Position numbers and translations under genes: made by a program. The notes below the pieces were generated by a model that had not been told where the DNA came from, searched no databases, and saw nothing but the letters and a program-made list of their open reading frames with translations. 64,000 bases of DNA from Schizochytrium sp. TIO01 (taxonomy: Eukaryota; Protista; Bigyra: Labyrinthulomycetes). Location of the stretch: contig SMSO01000031.1 of NCBI GenBank assembly GCA_004764695.1, positions 8,848,761 through 8,912,760 of the forward strand. The letters are read 5' to 3'. Below are positions 34,153 through 45,564 of this stretch, in pieces. Positions within the stretch are counted from its first letter, which is position 1; the number at the start of each line of letters is the position of its first letter.

Positions 34153-35277
34153 ATGGGGAACTGCCTAGGTAGCTCCGAGTTGGAGCAGGAACGCAGACGC
34201 TTGCTGAAGATGAATGAGCAAGTAGATATGGCACTCGCTCAAGATGCTGAGGCAGAGCAGTCCATTGTCAAAATATTGCTACTGGGAACTGGAAATAGTG
34301 GGAAGAGTACGATTTTAAAACAGTTCAAACTTTTGCACTCAGAGCAGGGTCTTGGCAATAAGTCTGACCATAAAATAACTGTATCCATGAACATTGTCCG
34401 AGGACTTCTTGTCGTGGCGCAAGGCGTGGATGATTTAGAAGAAGTCACTATGTCATTGAAACCTCGAGCTGCGAAACTAGTGGCTCTTCTTCGAGCTAAC
34501 CCAGGTATTAATGTTTGGGATGAGCTGGAAGTGGACAAAAAACCAGAGCAGGTTGCAATGCTTTGCAAAGAGATTTGGAAAGATCCAGCTATGGCTGAAA
34601 CATTGAAGTACGAAGGTAAACTCAGTATGTTGGAGGTGCCGATTGCGTACTTTATGTCACACATCGATCGAATTGCAGAGGCTGATTATACACCAAGCGT
34701 GGACGATATATTACAAGCTCGCGCCCGTACCAGTGGAGTTGTACGAATCGAGTTCGTCATTGACAACACTAAATGTCGGATGCTTGATGTGGGTGGTCAA
34801 AGAAATGAACGAAAGAAGTGGATTTCTCATTTTGATAATGTTACTGCTATCATGTTTTTGGTATCCCTATCTGAGTACGATAAATTCTTGCTTGAAGATT
34901 CTACAGTAAATCGTATGCATGATGCCATGGAAGTGTTTCGAGACATTGTTGAATGCCCATATTTCGAGGAAACCAATATCATCCTGTTCCTAAATAAAAA
35001 GGATCTCTTTGAAGAGAAGATTAAGCAGGTGGACCTTCGTGTCTGTTTCCCAGATTACACTGGCGGTAATGAATACGATGAGGCCGTACATTTTGTTGAG
35101 AGTAAATTTGTGGACATCTTCAAAGCCACGAAGGAGCAGCAAGCTGTAGATTCTATGACGTCGGATATTTATCCTTTTCAGACCATGGCAACAAACACCA
35201 AGAATGTTGAAACAGTGTTTCAACTATCGAAGCATTGCGTATTCAAAGAAAACCTGCGCTCTACCGGCTTAATTTGA
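34153..35277 (+). CDS. Heterotrimeric G-protein alpha subunit
   Basis: MGNC lipidation motif, G1 GTGNSGKST, switch I RARTSG, DVGGQRNERKKW, FLNKKD, G5 TMAT, C-terminal ENLRSTGLI. Confidence 0.96.
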   Translation: MGNCLGSSELEQERRRLLKMNEQVDMALAQDAEAEQSIVKILLLGTGNSGKSTILKQFKLLHSEQGLGNKSDHKITVSMNIVRGLLVVAQGVDDLEEVTMSLKPRAAKLVALLRANPGINVWDELEVDKKPEQVAMLCKEIWKDPAMAETLKYEGKLSMLEVPIAYFMSHIDRIAEADYTPSVDDILQARARTSGVVRIEFVIDNTKCRMLDVGGQRNERKKWISHFDNVTAIMFLVSLSEYDKFLLEDSTVNRMHDAMEVFRDIVECPYFEETNIILFLNKKDLFEEKIKQVDLRVCFPDYTGGNEYDEAVHFVESKFVDIFKATKEQQAVDSMTSDIYPFQTMATNTKNVETVFQLSKHCVFKENLRSTGLI

Positions 35278-36529
35278 TATGCATGCCAAGGTCTCGCGTT
35301 TGTTTTCCATCTTGCTAACATTACATGTTTTGTTACCTTCTAAGCTATCAGGCCCTCTAAAGGGAAAGAGAAAGGAGAATTAGGTGACCATTGCTTCTTA
35401 TCTAGAAGGCTCAACGCTCCCCTAAAACCGATTCTCTTACCGAACCATGTCTCTGCATTTCAGAAAAGGGATTGTCCAATCATCCTGTTCATTGCCTAAG
35501 GCATTCATTACTTCAGATGATCAGACTTGACCCATGTTTTGCTGGTTTTCTTCTTTTGCGTAAAACTACTCGGAAAAGGAACAGTGGGGAGTTAACCGAC
35601 ATTAGGTTGATCGTCAAATAGCCTTGCTTTTGTTGCGTTCTCCCTCGTTCACCCTCTCTCTCTCTCTGCTGCTACTTGAGAAAATAGAAATAAAATGGTC
35701 GAACCCGGCTCTGCAATCTACTATGCCTCCTCCTTTAACCCGCCTGCCCTTTCCATCCTCTCCTATGTTTACTGTGTGTTTTTTTACTTTTACTTTTACA
35801 TTTCTTTAATCTATTCGATCCTTGGACGATTTCTCATTCCACATATAGAGGATATTCTACGCAGACTTGACCCCTCGATATTACACCGCTAAGTGTAAGC
35901 TTGAGTTTTATTGATGTTCTTCATACCCCCTAAACTTGGAATTTGACAGTACCGACTTAAACTTTCAACCTTGTTTCTTTTTTTCTTCTTTTTTCATGGA
36001 CTACATTGCAACATCTCACAGATATGAAAAAGGAGAGAAAGTATATGAAAAACAATTAAATAAAGTAAAACAGAAAAGGTAAAAAGCGAAAAAATAAATA
36101 TGAAAAACAAAATGAAATAAATACACTACAAATACGAAAAAAAGATATTTACCGAAATGAAGATTGAAAACACGAAAAAGCCTAAACAAAAAGTCTCAGA
36201 GCGGACGATGACTTTGGTTTTTAATCAATTCTTCTTGTTTTATTTAGTTTGTGGGGGTTTGGTTTGTTTTGTGTTTGCATTCGCTTGCATAGTAAATTCT
36301 AATCTTGGGCTTGCGAGGTCAATGGGAGAGCTTGCTGGCGAGCAAGTCATCCCATGGCATGGGATGAAGATCTTCTTGAGCAGGCTTCAATGCCGCACCA
36401 GATAGACCACATGTCTTGCTTGGGCTTGTTTTAGTGTGTTGCTTGAGCAGGCCAGACAGACGAGCCATTTGATCAAAACCCATCATTGACCAGAGCAAGG
36501 GGTTTAACGGGGAAGCAGGGACTGGCGAT

Positions 36530-39500
36530 TTACGGGAGCACGCGCATCATCTCGGGCTTGGTATCCTCGCCGGTCATAGAGGCAGCACGAGCACGGCGGG
36601 AGAGCAGGTTGGTGCCGAGCATACGCTTCTGGACCTGGGAGTTCTTCTCGATGAAGTCAAACTTCTGTCCAGAGCGGCTCGGGCTGCCAGGGTATCCCTG
36701 CTTCTCTGCGCCGGAAGCGCGGAGAAGCTGAGCAGTGGGCTTGCTGTAAGACATGGACTTGGAACCAAGGGCATAAAAGTCTTGAATGGAAAGGCAAGGG
36801 ATCTCCTTGACAGACACCATGGCGCTGATGAGGGTAGAAGCGGCCTTCTCGTTGGTGAGAAGAGAAATTCCGAAGTCCACGGCAGTACGGCGGATGCGGT
36901 ATCCATCAGACTCATCGGGACGGTTCATTACCTCAGGCACGTTGATGACAAGACCAATAGCACCATCAGAAAGAAGATCCTGAATGTTGGGGTGCACGCT
37001 TGAAGACGGCTTGGCGACAGCCTCAATCTCCACGCCATGCTCCTTGAAGTGCTTAGCAGTACCCTCAGTACCGTAGATCTTGTATCCCATCTTCTGCAGA
37101 GAGATGGCATGCGGGGCCAGGGCCTCCTTGGCTTGGCTAGGACCAACAGCGAAGAGGATTCCCTTGGACTTGTCCGGAATCTTGAGACCACTGGAGAGCA
37201 CAGAAAGGAGAAATGCCTCGTGCATGTCCTGGCCGAAGCAAGCAACTTCTCCGGTAGAGCTCATCTCTACACCGAGCGTGGGGTCGGCACCCTGAAGACG
37301 GGTGAACGAGAACTGCGGTGCTTTGACACCAACGTAGTCGAGGTCAAGAAGACGAATGTTGGCCGGAGTCACGGGAAGGCCAACCATAGCGCGGGTAGCA
37401 AGCTCGATGAAGTTGGTCTGGAAGGTCTTGCTGACAAAAGGGAAGGTACGCGATGCGCGAAGGTTCAACTCGAGACAGAGCACGTGGTTATCGCGGCACA
37501 AGAACTGCACGTTGAAAGGACCAGTGATGTTGAGTGCAGCTGCGATGTTACCTGCAATACGCTTGATACGGCGCTGAGTCTCGGTGTAGAGCTTCTGGGC
37601 AGGGAGAACAAGCGTAGCATCACCAGAGTGAACACCAGCGTTCTCGACGTGCTCAGAGATAGCGTAGTTGAGAATGGTACCGTCCTTAGCGACAGCATCG
37701 AGGTCAACCTCCTTGCAGTTAAGCATGAACTTGGACACCACAACAGGGTGCTCAACGGAGACATCAGCAGCATTCTCAAGGAAGTCAGTCAGTTGCTCCT
37801 TGTTCGCAGCCACACGCATGGCAGCTCCACTGAGAACGTAGGAAGGACGCACAATGACGGGGTATCCGACGTCGCAGGCGAACTTGTCTGCAGCCTCAGG
37901 AGTGGTAGCGGAAAACCATGCGGGCTGGTCCACACCGATGGAGTCAAGGAGAGCGGAGAACTTGTTACGGTCCTCAGCGCAGTCGATAGAGCTGGGAGAA
38001 GTGCCGAGAATACGGGCTCCCTGGCGCGAGAGCGGAAGGGCAAGACCCTGCGGGATCTGGCCACCAACACTTACAATAACACCCATGCTCTGCTCGGTCT
38101 CGTACACATCGAGAACGCGCTCGAAGGAGAGCTCCTCGAAGTAAAGGCGGTCAGACTCATCGTAGTCAGTCGACACGGTCTCAGGGTTGTAGTTGATGAC
38201 AATAGCAGGAAGGCCGTTCTTGCGAAGGGTGCGAACACACGAAACGGCACACCAATCAAACTCAACGGAGCTACCAATGCAGTAAGGGCCGTTACCAAGA
38301 ACCATGACTCCGTTATCCTCAAACGAGAGATCGTGCTCGGAAGCGTTGTATGTCATGTAAAGATAGTTGGTCTGGGCAGGGAACTCAGCAGCAAGAGTAT
38401 CGATTTGCTTCACAAACGGGGTGACGCTGAGCTCGTGGATACGGCGACGACGCACAGAGATCTCGTCAGACTTGACAAGCTCAGCAATACGCTTATCAGA
38501 AAATCCGTGGCACTTGAGAGAGCGCATCATGGGTCTCGAGATGGCGTGCGGGCCACCAACCTGGGCAAGCTGCCTTGACATGTCAGTGATGTTCTTGAGC
38601 TTGGCAAGGAACCATCTGTCAATGCGAGTCAAAGCATGGAGACGGTCGACGGTGTATCCATTCTCGAGAGCGCGGGCAACGGCGAAGAGGCGCAGAGAGG
38701 TAGGGTTCTGGAGCTGGCTCTCGAGGTCAGCATCGCCAGTGTAAGAACGAGCGTCCTTTTTATCAAGAGCAGACGAGTCAAAACCGGAGAGAGAAGGGTC
38801 AACCATGCGGACAGCCTTTTGGATGACCTCCTCGAACTTCCTGCCGATGGCCATAACCTCACCAACAGACTTCATCGAAGATCCGAGCGAGTCAGCGACA
38901 CGGTCGAACTTCTTAAGATCCCAACGAGGCACCTTGGCGACGATGTAATCAAGGGCAGGCTCGAAGCATGCAGTGGTAGTCTGGGTAACGGAGTTGCGGA
39001 CCATGACGAGATCCTTTCCAAGAGCAAGCTTGGCGGCAACATATGCGAGAGGGTAGCCGGTAGCCTTGGAAGCGAGAGCGGAAGAGCGGGAGAGACGAGC
39101 ATTGACTTCAATAATGCAGTAGCGCATCGAGGTAGGGTGGAGAGCGTACTGAATGTTACACTCACCAACGACACCAAGGTGGCGAACAACCTTGAGAGCG
39201 GTCTTACGAAGCATGAAGTACTCATCGTTGGAAAGAGTCTGCGAAGGGGCAATGACAATAGAGTCACCGGTGTGGATACCGAGAGGGTCGAAGTTTTCCA
39301 TGTTACACACGGTCACACAGTTGTCCTTGCAATCGCGAACAACTTCGTACTCAACCTCCTTCCATCCGCGGAGATCCTCGTCGATAATAATCTGGTGAGA
39401 TGCAGAGAAGGCCTTCTTACACAAAGGCACAAACTCGTCCATATCTTTAGCGAAACCAGAACCGAGACCACCAAGAGCGAAGGCGGCACGAACCAGAACG

Positions 39501-41215
39501 GGGAATCCAATCTTCTCGGCAGCAGCCTTGGCCTCATCCATAGTGTGAGCAGAGATGGACATGGCAGCGTGCTCGTCAATCTCAGCGAGCTTCTGGGCAA
39601 AGGCCTCGCGGTCCTCAGTATCCATGATGACCGGGATAGGCGTTCCCAAGACACGAACGTTGTGGCGCTCAAGCTCTCCGCGCTTGTAGAGCTCGACACC
39701 AACGTTGAGGGCAGTCTGACCACCCATAGAAACCAAGATGGAGTCAGGGCGCTCCTTCTTGATTACACTGAGGACAGCGTCGGGTGTGACGGGGAGAAAG
39801 TAGACCTTGTCAGCGAAGTTCTTACTGGTCTGAACGGTGGCGATGTTTGGGTTAATGAGGATAACCTCGATAGATTCCTCTTTGAGGGCCTTAATGGCCT
39901 GACTTCCAGAGTAATCGAACTCACCGGCCTGGCCGATGGAAAGACCTCCGGAACCAACAAGAATACACTTGCGGACAGGCTTCACCTCGAACATGACGGG
40001 GGGTACCAGAGTGTGAGTGGGCATCTCGTCGCGAACACTCTTGAGGAACTCATCAAAGAGAAAGGTGGTGTCCATGGGACCTCCGCGGGCCTCCGGGTGA
40101 AACTGAACCGAGAAGTACGGCTTGCTCTCGTGAATGATACCTTCGTTGGTCATGTCGTTGGCGTTCATGAACAGAGGCTTCCAGCCGGACGGAAGAGTCT
40201 CAGTGTCCACAGCATATCCGTGGTTTTGCGAGGTGATGTAGCACTTGGTTGTGCGAAGGTCAATCGCAGGCTGGTTAGCACCACGGTTACCGAAGCGCAT
40301 CTTGTAGGTCTTGGCTCCGGCAGCAAGAGCGAGAAGCTGGTTACCGAGGCAGATACCAAAGATGGGGACAGGTGCCTTGCGACCAGGGCTGGACTCGCGT
40401 TCCATGTTCATCACCTTGCGGATGTTCTCGATCGTAGCGGCGGCCATAGTGGGGTCACCAGGTCCGTTACTGATGAAGAGACCATCGAACTTGCCGTTCA
40501 ATGCGTCAATGTCGTAGTCATAGGGGAGGACAGTGAGTTCAACGCCACGGCTGAGGAACTCGCGGACAATGTTGTACTTCATACCGCAGTGGTAGGCAGC
40601 AATGCGAGGGCTTCCACCGGCATTGAAGACCTTGACCTCGGAAGGCGAGACCTCAGCGACGAGGTTGATCTTGTTTGGGTCATCGAACTGGATCGAGTCC
40701 TGGGCAACTTCGATCTTACCGAGTGCACTGCCCTCTTCACGGAGAATCTTGGTGAGCATGCGGGTGTCAACGCCGTGAAGAGCCGGGATTCCGGCACGGC
40801 GGAGCCAGGCGCCAAGGCTCTGGGCAGCGTTCCAGTGAGAGTAGGTGTGAGAGTAGTCAGAAACGATGAGACCGGCAATCTGGATCTCGTCGCTCTCGTG
40901 GAACTTGGGAATTCCGAACTCATCCTTCTCGTCACCAGGCACACCGTAGTTGCCAATGAGAGGGTAGGTGAGGACGAGAATCTGGCCACGGTAAGAAGGG
41001 TCAGTGAGAGACTCAGGGTAGCCGACCATACCGGTGTTGAAGACGACCTCTCCGGCGACGCTCTTGTTAGCACCGAAGGAGAATCCGGTGACCTCTAGAC
41101 CGTTCTGAAGGGTGAGCTTGGCAGTAGCATCCGTGGGCTCGAGGCTGGCCTCTTGGCCTTCACCGGAGACCATGATGGGGCTGTGTGTAGACGCAAGACG
41201 GTCAATGCCAGACAT
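36530..41215 (-). CDS. Glutamine-dependent carbamoyl-phosphate synthetase (fused small and large subunits, MGS domain; no DHOase or ATCase)
   Basis: First ATG at 41215 (MSGIDRL). GEVVFNTGMVGYPESLTDPSY, SNGPGDP, GICLGNQ (catalytic Cys present), FHPE, GSGGLSIGQAGEFDYSG, two ATP-grasp halves with HTGDS and HSGDA, C-terminal IRRTAVDF. Confidence 0.97.
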   Translation of the reverse strand: MSGIDRLASTHSPIMVSGEGQEASLEPTDATAKLTLQNGLEVTGFSFGANKSVAGEVVFNTGMVGYPESLTDPSYRGQILVLTYPLIGNYGVPGDEKDEFGIPKFHESDEIQIAGLIVSDYSHTYSHWNAAQSLGAWLRRAGIPALHGVDTRMLTKILREEGSALGKIEVAQDSIQFDDPNKINLVAEVSPSEVKVFNAGGSPRIAAYHCGMKYNIVREFLSRGVELTVLPYDYDIDALNGKFDGLFISNGPGDPTMAAATIENIRKVMNMERESSPGRKAPVPIFGICLGNQLLALAAGAKTYKMRFGNRGANQPAIDLRTTKCYITSQNHGYAVDTETLPSGWKPLFMNANDMTNEGIIHESKPYFSVQFHPEARGGPMDTTFLFDEFLKSVRDEMPTHTLVPPVMFEVKPVRKCILVGSGGLSIGQAGEFDYSGSQAIKALKEESIEVILINPNIATVQTSKNFADKVYFLPVTPDAVLSVIKKERPDSILVSMGGQTALNVGVELYKRGELERHNVRVLGTPIPVIMDTEDREAFAQKLAEIDEHAAMSISAHTMDEAKAAAEKIGFPVLVRAAFALGGLGSGFAKDMDEFVPLCKKAFSASHQIIIDEDLRGWKEVEYEVVRDCKDNCVTVCNMENFDPLGIHTGDSIVIAPSQTLSNDEYFMLRKTALKVVRHLGVVGECNIQYALHPTSMRYCIIEVNARLSRSSALASKATGYPLAYVAAKLALGKDLVMVRNSVTQTTTACFEPALDYIVAKVPRWDLKKFDRVADSLGSSMKSVGEVMAIGRKFEEVIQKAVRMVDPSLSGFDSSALDKKDARSYTGDADLESQLQNPTSLRLFAVARALENGYTVDRLHALTRIDRWFLAKLKNITDMSRQLAQVGGPHAISRPMMRSLKCHGFSDKRIAELVKSDEISVRRRRIHELSVTPFVKQIDTLAAEFPAQTNYLYMTYNASEHDLSFEDNGVMVLGNGPYCIGSSVEFDWCAVSCVRTLRKNGLPAIVINYNPETVSTDYDESDRLYFEELSFERVLDVYETEQSMGVIVSVGGQIPQGLALPLSRQGARILGTSPSSIDCAEDRNKFSALLDSIGVDQPAWFSATTPEAADKFACDVGYPVIVRPSYVLSGAAMRVAANKEQLTDFLENAADVSVEHPVVVSKFMLNCKEVDLDAVAKDGTILNYAISEHVENAGVHSGDATLVLPAQKLYTETQRRIKRIAGNIAAALNITGPFNVQFLCRDNHVLCLELNLRASRTFPFVSKTFQTNFIELATRAMVGLPVTPANIRLLDLDYVGVKAPQFSFTRLQGADPTLGVEMSSTGEVACFGQDMHEAFLLSVLSSGLKIPDKSKGILFAVGPSQAKEALAPHAISLQKMGYKIYGTEGTAKHFKEHGVEIEAVAKPSSSVHPNIQDLLSDGAIGLVINVPEVMNRPDESDGYRIRRTAVDFGISLLTNEKAASTLISAMVSVKEIPCLSIQDFYALGSKSMSYSKPTAQLLRASGAEKQGYPGSPSRSGQKFDFIEKNSQVQKRMLGTNLLSRRARAASMTGEDTKPEMMRVLP

Positions 41216-41576
41216 CTTGCTTATTGTTGGTTTGGGGTTGAGTAGTTCCTTCGAAAACGACGAAGAAAGCAAACAACAAAAGTAGAGCAAAAATTACCTA
41301 ACAACGACGACGACTACGAAGACGACGACGAAGAGGAGCAGGAATACACGAGCAGCACTAGCTCGAGAAATCCAAGAACCTTGAATCACGGGAGTGAATC
41401 AATGAAAAGTTTGTTGGGTGGGTTTTTACGGTGGCCTGCGCTGCAACACTCAGCGCACGCACAACCTACAATTGAAGCCGCTCGCGAACCGCGGTTGAGA
41501 GCGGACCTCGCGTGCTTCTTCGCCGGTTTGGCTTTCTAGTTTGAGCTTTGCCTGCCGCGACCAGCCGATATCATTC

Positions 41577-41588
41577 CCGGAATTCCGG
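41577..41588. promoter_or_regulatory. CCGGAATTCCGG palindrome, proximal copy upstream of CPS
   Basis: Perfect 12-bp palindrome about 360 bp upstream of the CPS ATG. An identical copy lies at 43511-43522. Confidence 0.4.
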
Positions 41589-41931
41589 ATTCCTTCAAAC
41601 CAATTATTTCTTTAAAAAAACTCAACTTTTTCTATTTTCCATTTTGTGTTAAAATATTTCTTTTCTTTCAGGTTAGATGGAACTTTTAGTTGTTTCTTTA
41701 GAGAACAAGCATCTTCAACTGCAAAAACTGATTACAAGTATGTGTTTCCTAATTTTCAGCTCCTCTCCTGTTGAAATAGATCAAACGCATCAAAACCATG
41801 CCCCATCCATGCAAACCTCTCGTTCTTGCACCAAAAGGTAGGTAGATCAAGAAGGAAATTAAATTAAAGAATAAAATAGAAAAACTTTGATATCTGCAGG
41901 CTTTTCCTTTCAGATCTAGGTGCTTTCCAAA

Positions 41932-41981
41932 AATGAATGAATGAATGAATGAATGAATGAATGAATGAATGAATGAATGAA
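41932..41981. repeat. (GAAT)n microsatellite
   Basis: About 12 perfect units. Confidence 0.95.
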
Positions 41982-43501
41982 AATTCGTCCACAAGTTTCT
42001 CTCCTTCTTCCAAGCCATACGAAGTATATATTAGTCTCTCTCTATGATTCTCAAATGATAGTTAAGCTCTAACTCTCAACTAGAACTTGCAGAGAAAACG
42101 AGGAAGGCTTGGGGACAAAAAGAAAGAAGCCAAAGAACCCGGGTCAGGCCACCCATTTTTCAATTCATTAATTCCTTCATGAAATGTATCATGGCCAACG
42201 GAGGGAGTGAGTCCGCGCAATGAGACTTTGAAAATCAACGCGTTGAAATTGAGATAGTCCCTTTTGTTTGTGCGTGTGGTCGATGGTTAAACTTTATAAC
42301 GAGGTGCGTCGATGCTTCGTTGTCTTCGTAAACCCAACCTTGAAAAGCTGAGCTCAGTCCCTGTTTCTGTAAAATCAACCCCTATTTTAGTTAATTTATT
42401 TCTACTTTTTTAATTTTTAATTTATTTTTAAACTTTTAAAAACAATACTTATAATGATGATTGTCTTCGTTCAAGTGATTGATAGATACTGACTTTAGAG
42501 CTTACTTTCTATTCTGAAGTAGCTATCGCAGACGGACAAGATAAGGCACAAGAGACGCGTAGTGCGACTTGAAAACTAGCTCATAGGCCTGCCTGGTGGT
42601 TGTATGCATGGTACTTATTTGGAAACTCACTAAAGAGGATCGATAATTATTAAACTAAAACGCGACAATTTTAAAATAGATATTGAGTGAATATTCCTTT
42701 ATGAGACGAAACGGGAAGAAATCCCCTTCTGCTTCTTCTTCCCAGTCGCGAAGGTGTCGATGTGAACTAGCGTATCGATAAACGCATAGAGGGCACATAG
42801 CTATGCGATGGATATTACTACAAGCCTTAATATGATTAATATTCCATTTCTGTTTATTTGTATGTAACTAATATTTGCACAGATGACAGCGCCAGAATCA
42901 AAGGCCAGAAAGCCCCGACGAAGACCGCGTGGATAGAACCCTTCACTCCGCGAGCGGGGACGCTGCTTTGTCAGCGGCAAGCCACATTCCCTGCACGAGT
43001 TGTGGCCGAGTTTGGGCGGGTCTGCAAGCTCCTGGGAGTCCCACCGCGAGTTCTCGCGAAGTTGAAGCAGCTCCAGAGCCAAACACCACATCAGCCATCA
43101 AAGTTTCGTCACTTATCTCTTTTCTACAAGTTTAAGCAGCCGTGAGCGAGAAAGGCCAAGAACCAGGAACCAGGCTCGCGGTGCGTCTTGGCCAGTTAGT
43201 TATTCACTATCTCTCTTTTAGGCTTTTTATTTGTTTATTTGTTCAATGGTTTAATGGTTTGTCCTTTTATGGATTCATTCGACCATCCGTCCATCCATCC
43301 ACCCATCCACCCACTCGTTCATTCGGACTGAGTCGTTTAGATTGTTCACCCAGTTGTTCACATTTGCTTATCTGCAGCTCCGTCGTCCTCCATTTGCACG
43401 TGGACTGGCCTCGAAAGCCTCCTCGGTTTTGCCTCCCGTTCAGCCTCTGTGAGGAGTCCAGTGCCGTGGAATGACTGGATGCAAGGGACTTGGAAGCCAC
43501 G

Positions 43502-43530
43502 AAGTGGACCCCGGAATTCCGGGACCACTT
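43502..43530. promoter_or_regulatory. Extended imperfect palindrome containing CCGGAATTCCGG
   Basis: AAGTGG-AC-CCCGGAATTCCGGG-A-CCACTT. Confidence 0.4.
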
Positions 43531-43554
43531 GCCTCCTTTAGCGAGAACCAACTA

Positions 43555-43659
43555 TTTCTTTTCTTTTCTTTTCTTGCTTTTCTTTCTTTTCTTGCTTTTC
43601 TTTCTTTTCTTTCTTTTCTTTCTTTTCTTTCTTTTCTTTCTTTTCTTTCTTTTCTTTTG
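43555..43659. repeat. Polypyrimidine (CTTTTCTTT)n tract
   Basis: About 100 bp of almost pure C/T with 9-bp periodicity. Confidence 0.9.
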
Positions 43660-44231
43660 TTTATGTAGCAGTAGTACTGTTTTCGCAAAGAGCAAAAGAG
43701 GCTAGCTGGCGGAAAATCAATAGAGTTCACGGAGGCTGAAGTGAGTCCAGTGAGTGAAGGAGGGGTGAAGAAGCACGTGGTGGTAGCAGAGCTGGCGAGT
43801 ACGTGGCTTCTTGATTAGTTCTGTCGGTATATATTTGCCTTAGTGGGTAAGCTCTGTCTGTGGGTTCAAAGATAGATATTGACTGCAAAATGGCTTGAGG
43901 ATTTCTCTTTTATCCAAAACAAATATCATACTCTTTAAAAGAATAGAGTCAGAAGTCGGTGCCAACCTTTATGTGATTTTAAGCCCTTAGCAGTACCTGT
44001 ATCGACCACTAAGAAAGGGCGCCTAACCACTGTATCTAAGCATACAAAGTTTTTCCAGTGTATTTTTTTTAAATTAAAAAAATAAAGAAATAAATAGAAC
44101 ATAAAAAGATATTCCTTAAATTAAAAATGTTATTTTCTATTTTACAAACACAAGTACATTGCGCATATTATTATATGTCTACTAAATCTTAGTTTTGTTC
44201 GCAAGCATATTTGTTTTTTTCGCGCGAGACA

Positions 44232-44281
44232 GAATGAATGAATGAATGAGTGAATGAGTGAATGAATGAATGAGTGAATGA
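44232..44281. repeat. (GAAT/GAGT)n microsatellite
   Basis: Read directly. Confidence 0.9.
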
Positions 44282-44888
44282 GAACTGTGAAAATCATGGA
44301 ATCGCTGCGAATGCGACGGAGTCCGATGACCTCCACTTCGATGAAGCGCTTCGGTCGCTCAATCGGACGGCCTGGCCAACGCAAAGTCGCGCCTCTTCGG
44401 CACTTGAACCGCGTTGCTTATTGGCTGTAATGTCTCAGAGAGAGCCTGGTTCTTCTCGCATTCTGCACAAATCGAGCGCGGCGCTGCAGCAGGAATTTCG
44501 ATGGAATGAACGCAAGAACCGCGCACCAAGTCTCTCGACGCCGAACTCGCTGTGGCGCTGCCGGCGCCGATGATGGCGGCGTCGGCGTCGGTGTCGGTGT
44601 CGATGTCGATGTCGCTGGAGACCGATGTCAACGGCGGCGCTTTCACTTCATCGCCTCCGAGAGGTCTTCGGCCTGCATCGCGAGCAAAGTCAAGCTGCCT
44701 TGCCGTCTCGACTCGCGAGCCTCGCTCGGTCCTCTTGAGGACGTCCACGCCGCCACCTCGAGGCTGTGCCCTTCGACTCCTTCGCCGCGTCGTCGGGCTC
44801 CTCTTCGGAGAAGCTCGCGAGCAGCGGCCTCGTTGAAGGAGTTCGTCTTGTGGCTGTCAGCCGTTGATTTGATCAGGAAAACCTTATT

Positions 44889-44924
44889 AATGAATGAATG
44901 AATGAATGAATGAATGAATGAATG
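44889..44924. repeat. (GAAT)n microsatellite
   Basis: Read directly. Confidence 0.9.
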
Positions 44925-45564
44925 ATGTCGTTCTCGCTGTACGTACCTCTTCTTTGGGGAAGGAGGAGGCACCCGAGTCTGCGACGACGCCAATGACGAG
45001 CGGGAGGTACCCAGGCTTCAAGCTGGGGTATGAAGGCAGGCATCCAGGCTTTGGCTTGTTTTGTCTGTAAGTTCTTCGAGTTCTTGTGATGATTCCTCGT
45101 CATTTTGCCCCATTCATGCATGAAAGGATCGGAGATGATTTTTTCTTTTCTTAAATGTTTTCTTTTAAAAAAGTTTTTTTTTTTTTAAATAAGAATAATT
45201 TAAACAAAAAGAATGGAAAATTGAAAGTATTGGGAAAGGGTCTTTCTTTGGTACGTACTGAAAATAAAGTAAAAAAATGTTTTGTTTTGTTTTGTTTTGT
45301 TTTTAATATTACATAGATAGATAGATAAATAAATGTGGTGGTAAAGGAGAGAACTACAAAGTCACGAAATTTAGCATGGAATTAATCAAATGGGAGTACC
45401 TCACCTGCCTAGCTATCCATCCATTCATCCACCCGTACACCGCACCGGCGCTCCGAAGGCGGTGCACCGCAAGCAAGTGTCAGCATCGGTGAGCAATCGG
45501 TGCTGCAAGACACCTGCAACCTGGTGGCCAGCCCTGCTGCTTGCTTGGACACCGATGTAGGAAT

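Noticed and set aside
37037-41098. Long + strand ORFs of 513 aa and 820 aa
   Set aside because: Antisense shadows of the strongly codon-biased CPS gene, with no recognisable motifs.
41216-41570. Arginine-attenuator-type uORF upstream of CPS, as in fungal CPA1
   Set aside because: No AUG seen on the minus strand in this stretch. A possible 49-nt 5'UTR intron (GT at 41297, AG at 41249) is too weak to call.
43440-43730. ORFs encoding ERK/FLS repeats, and HSFI-repeat ORFs at 41749, 44142 and 45939
   Set aside because: Translations of simple repeats.
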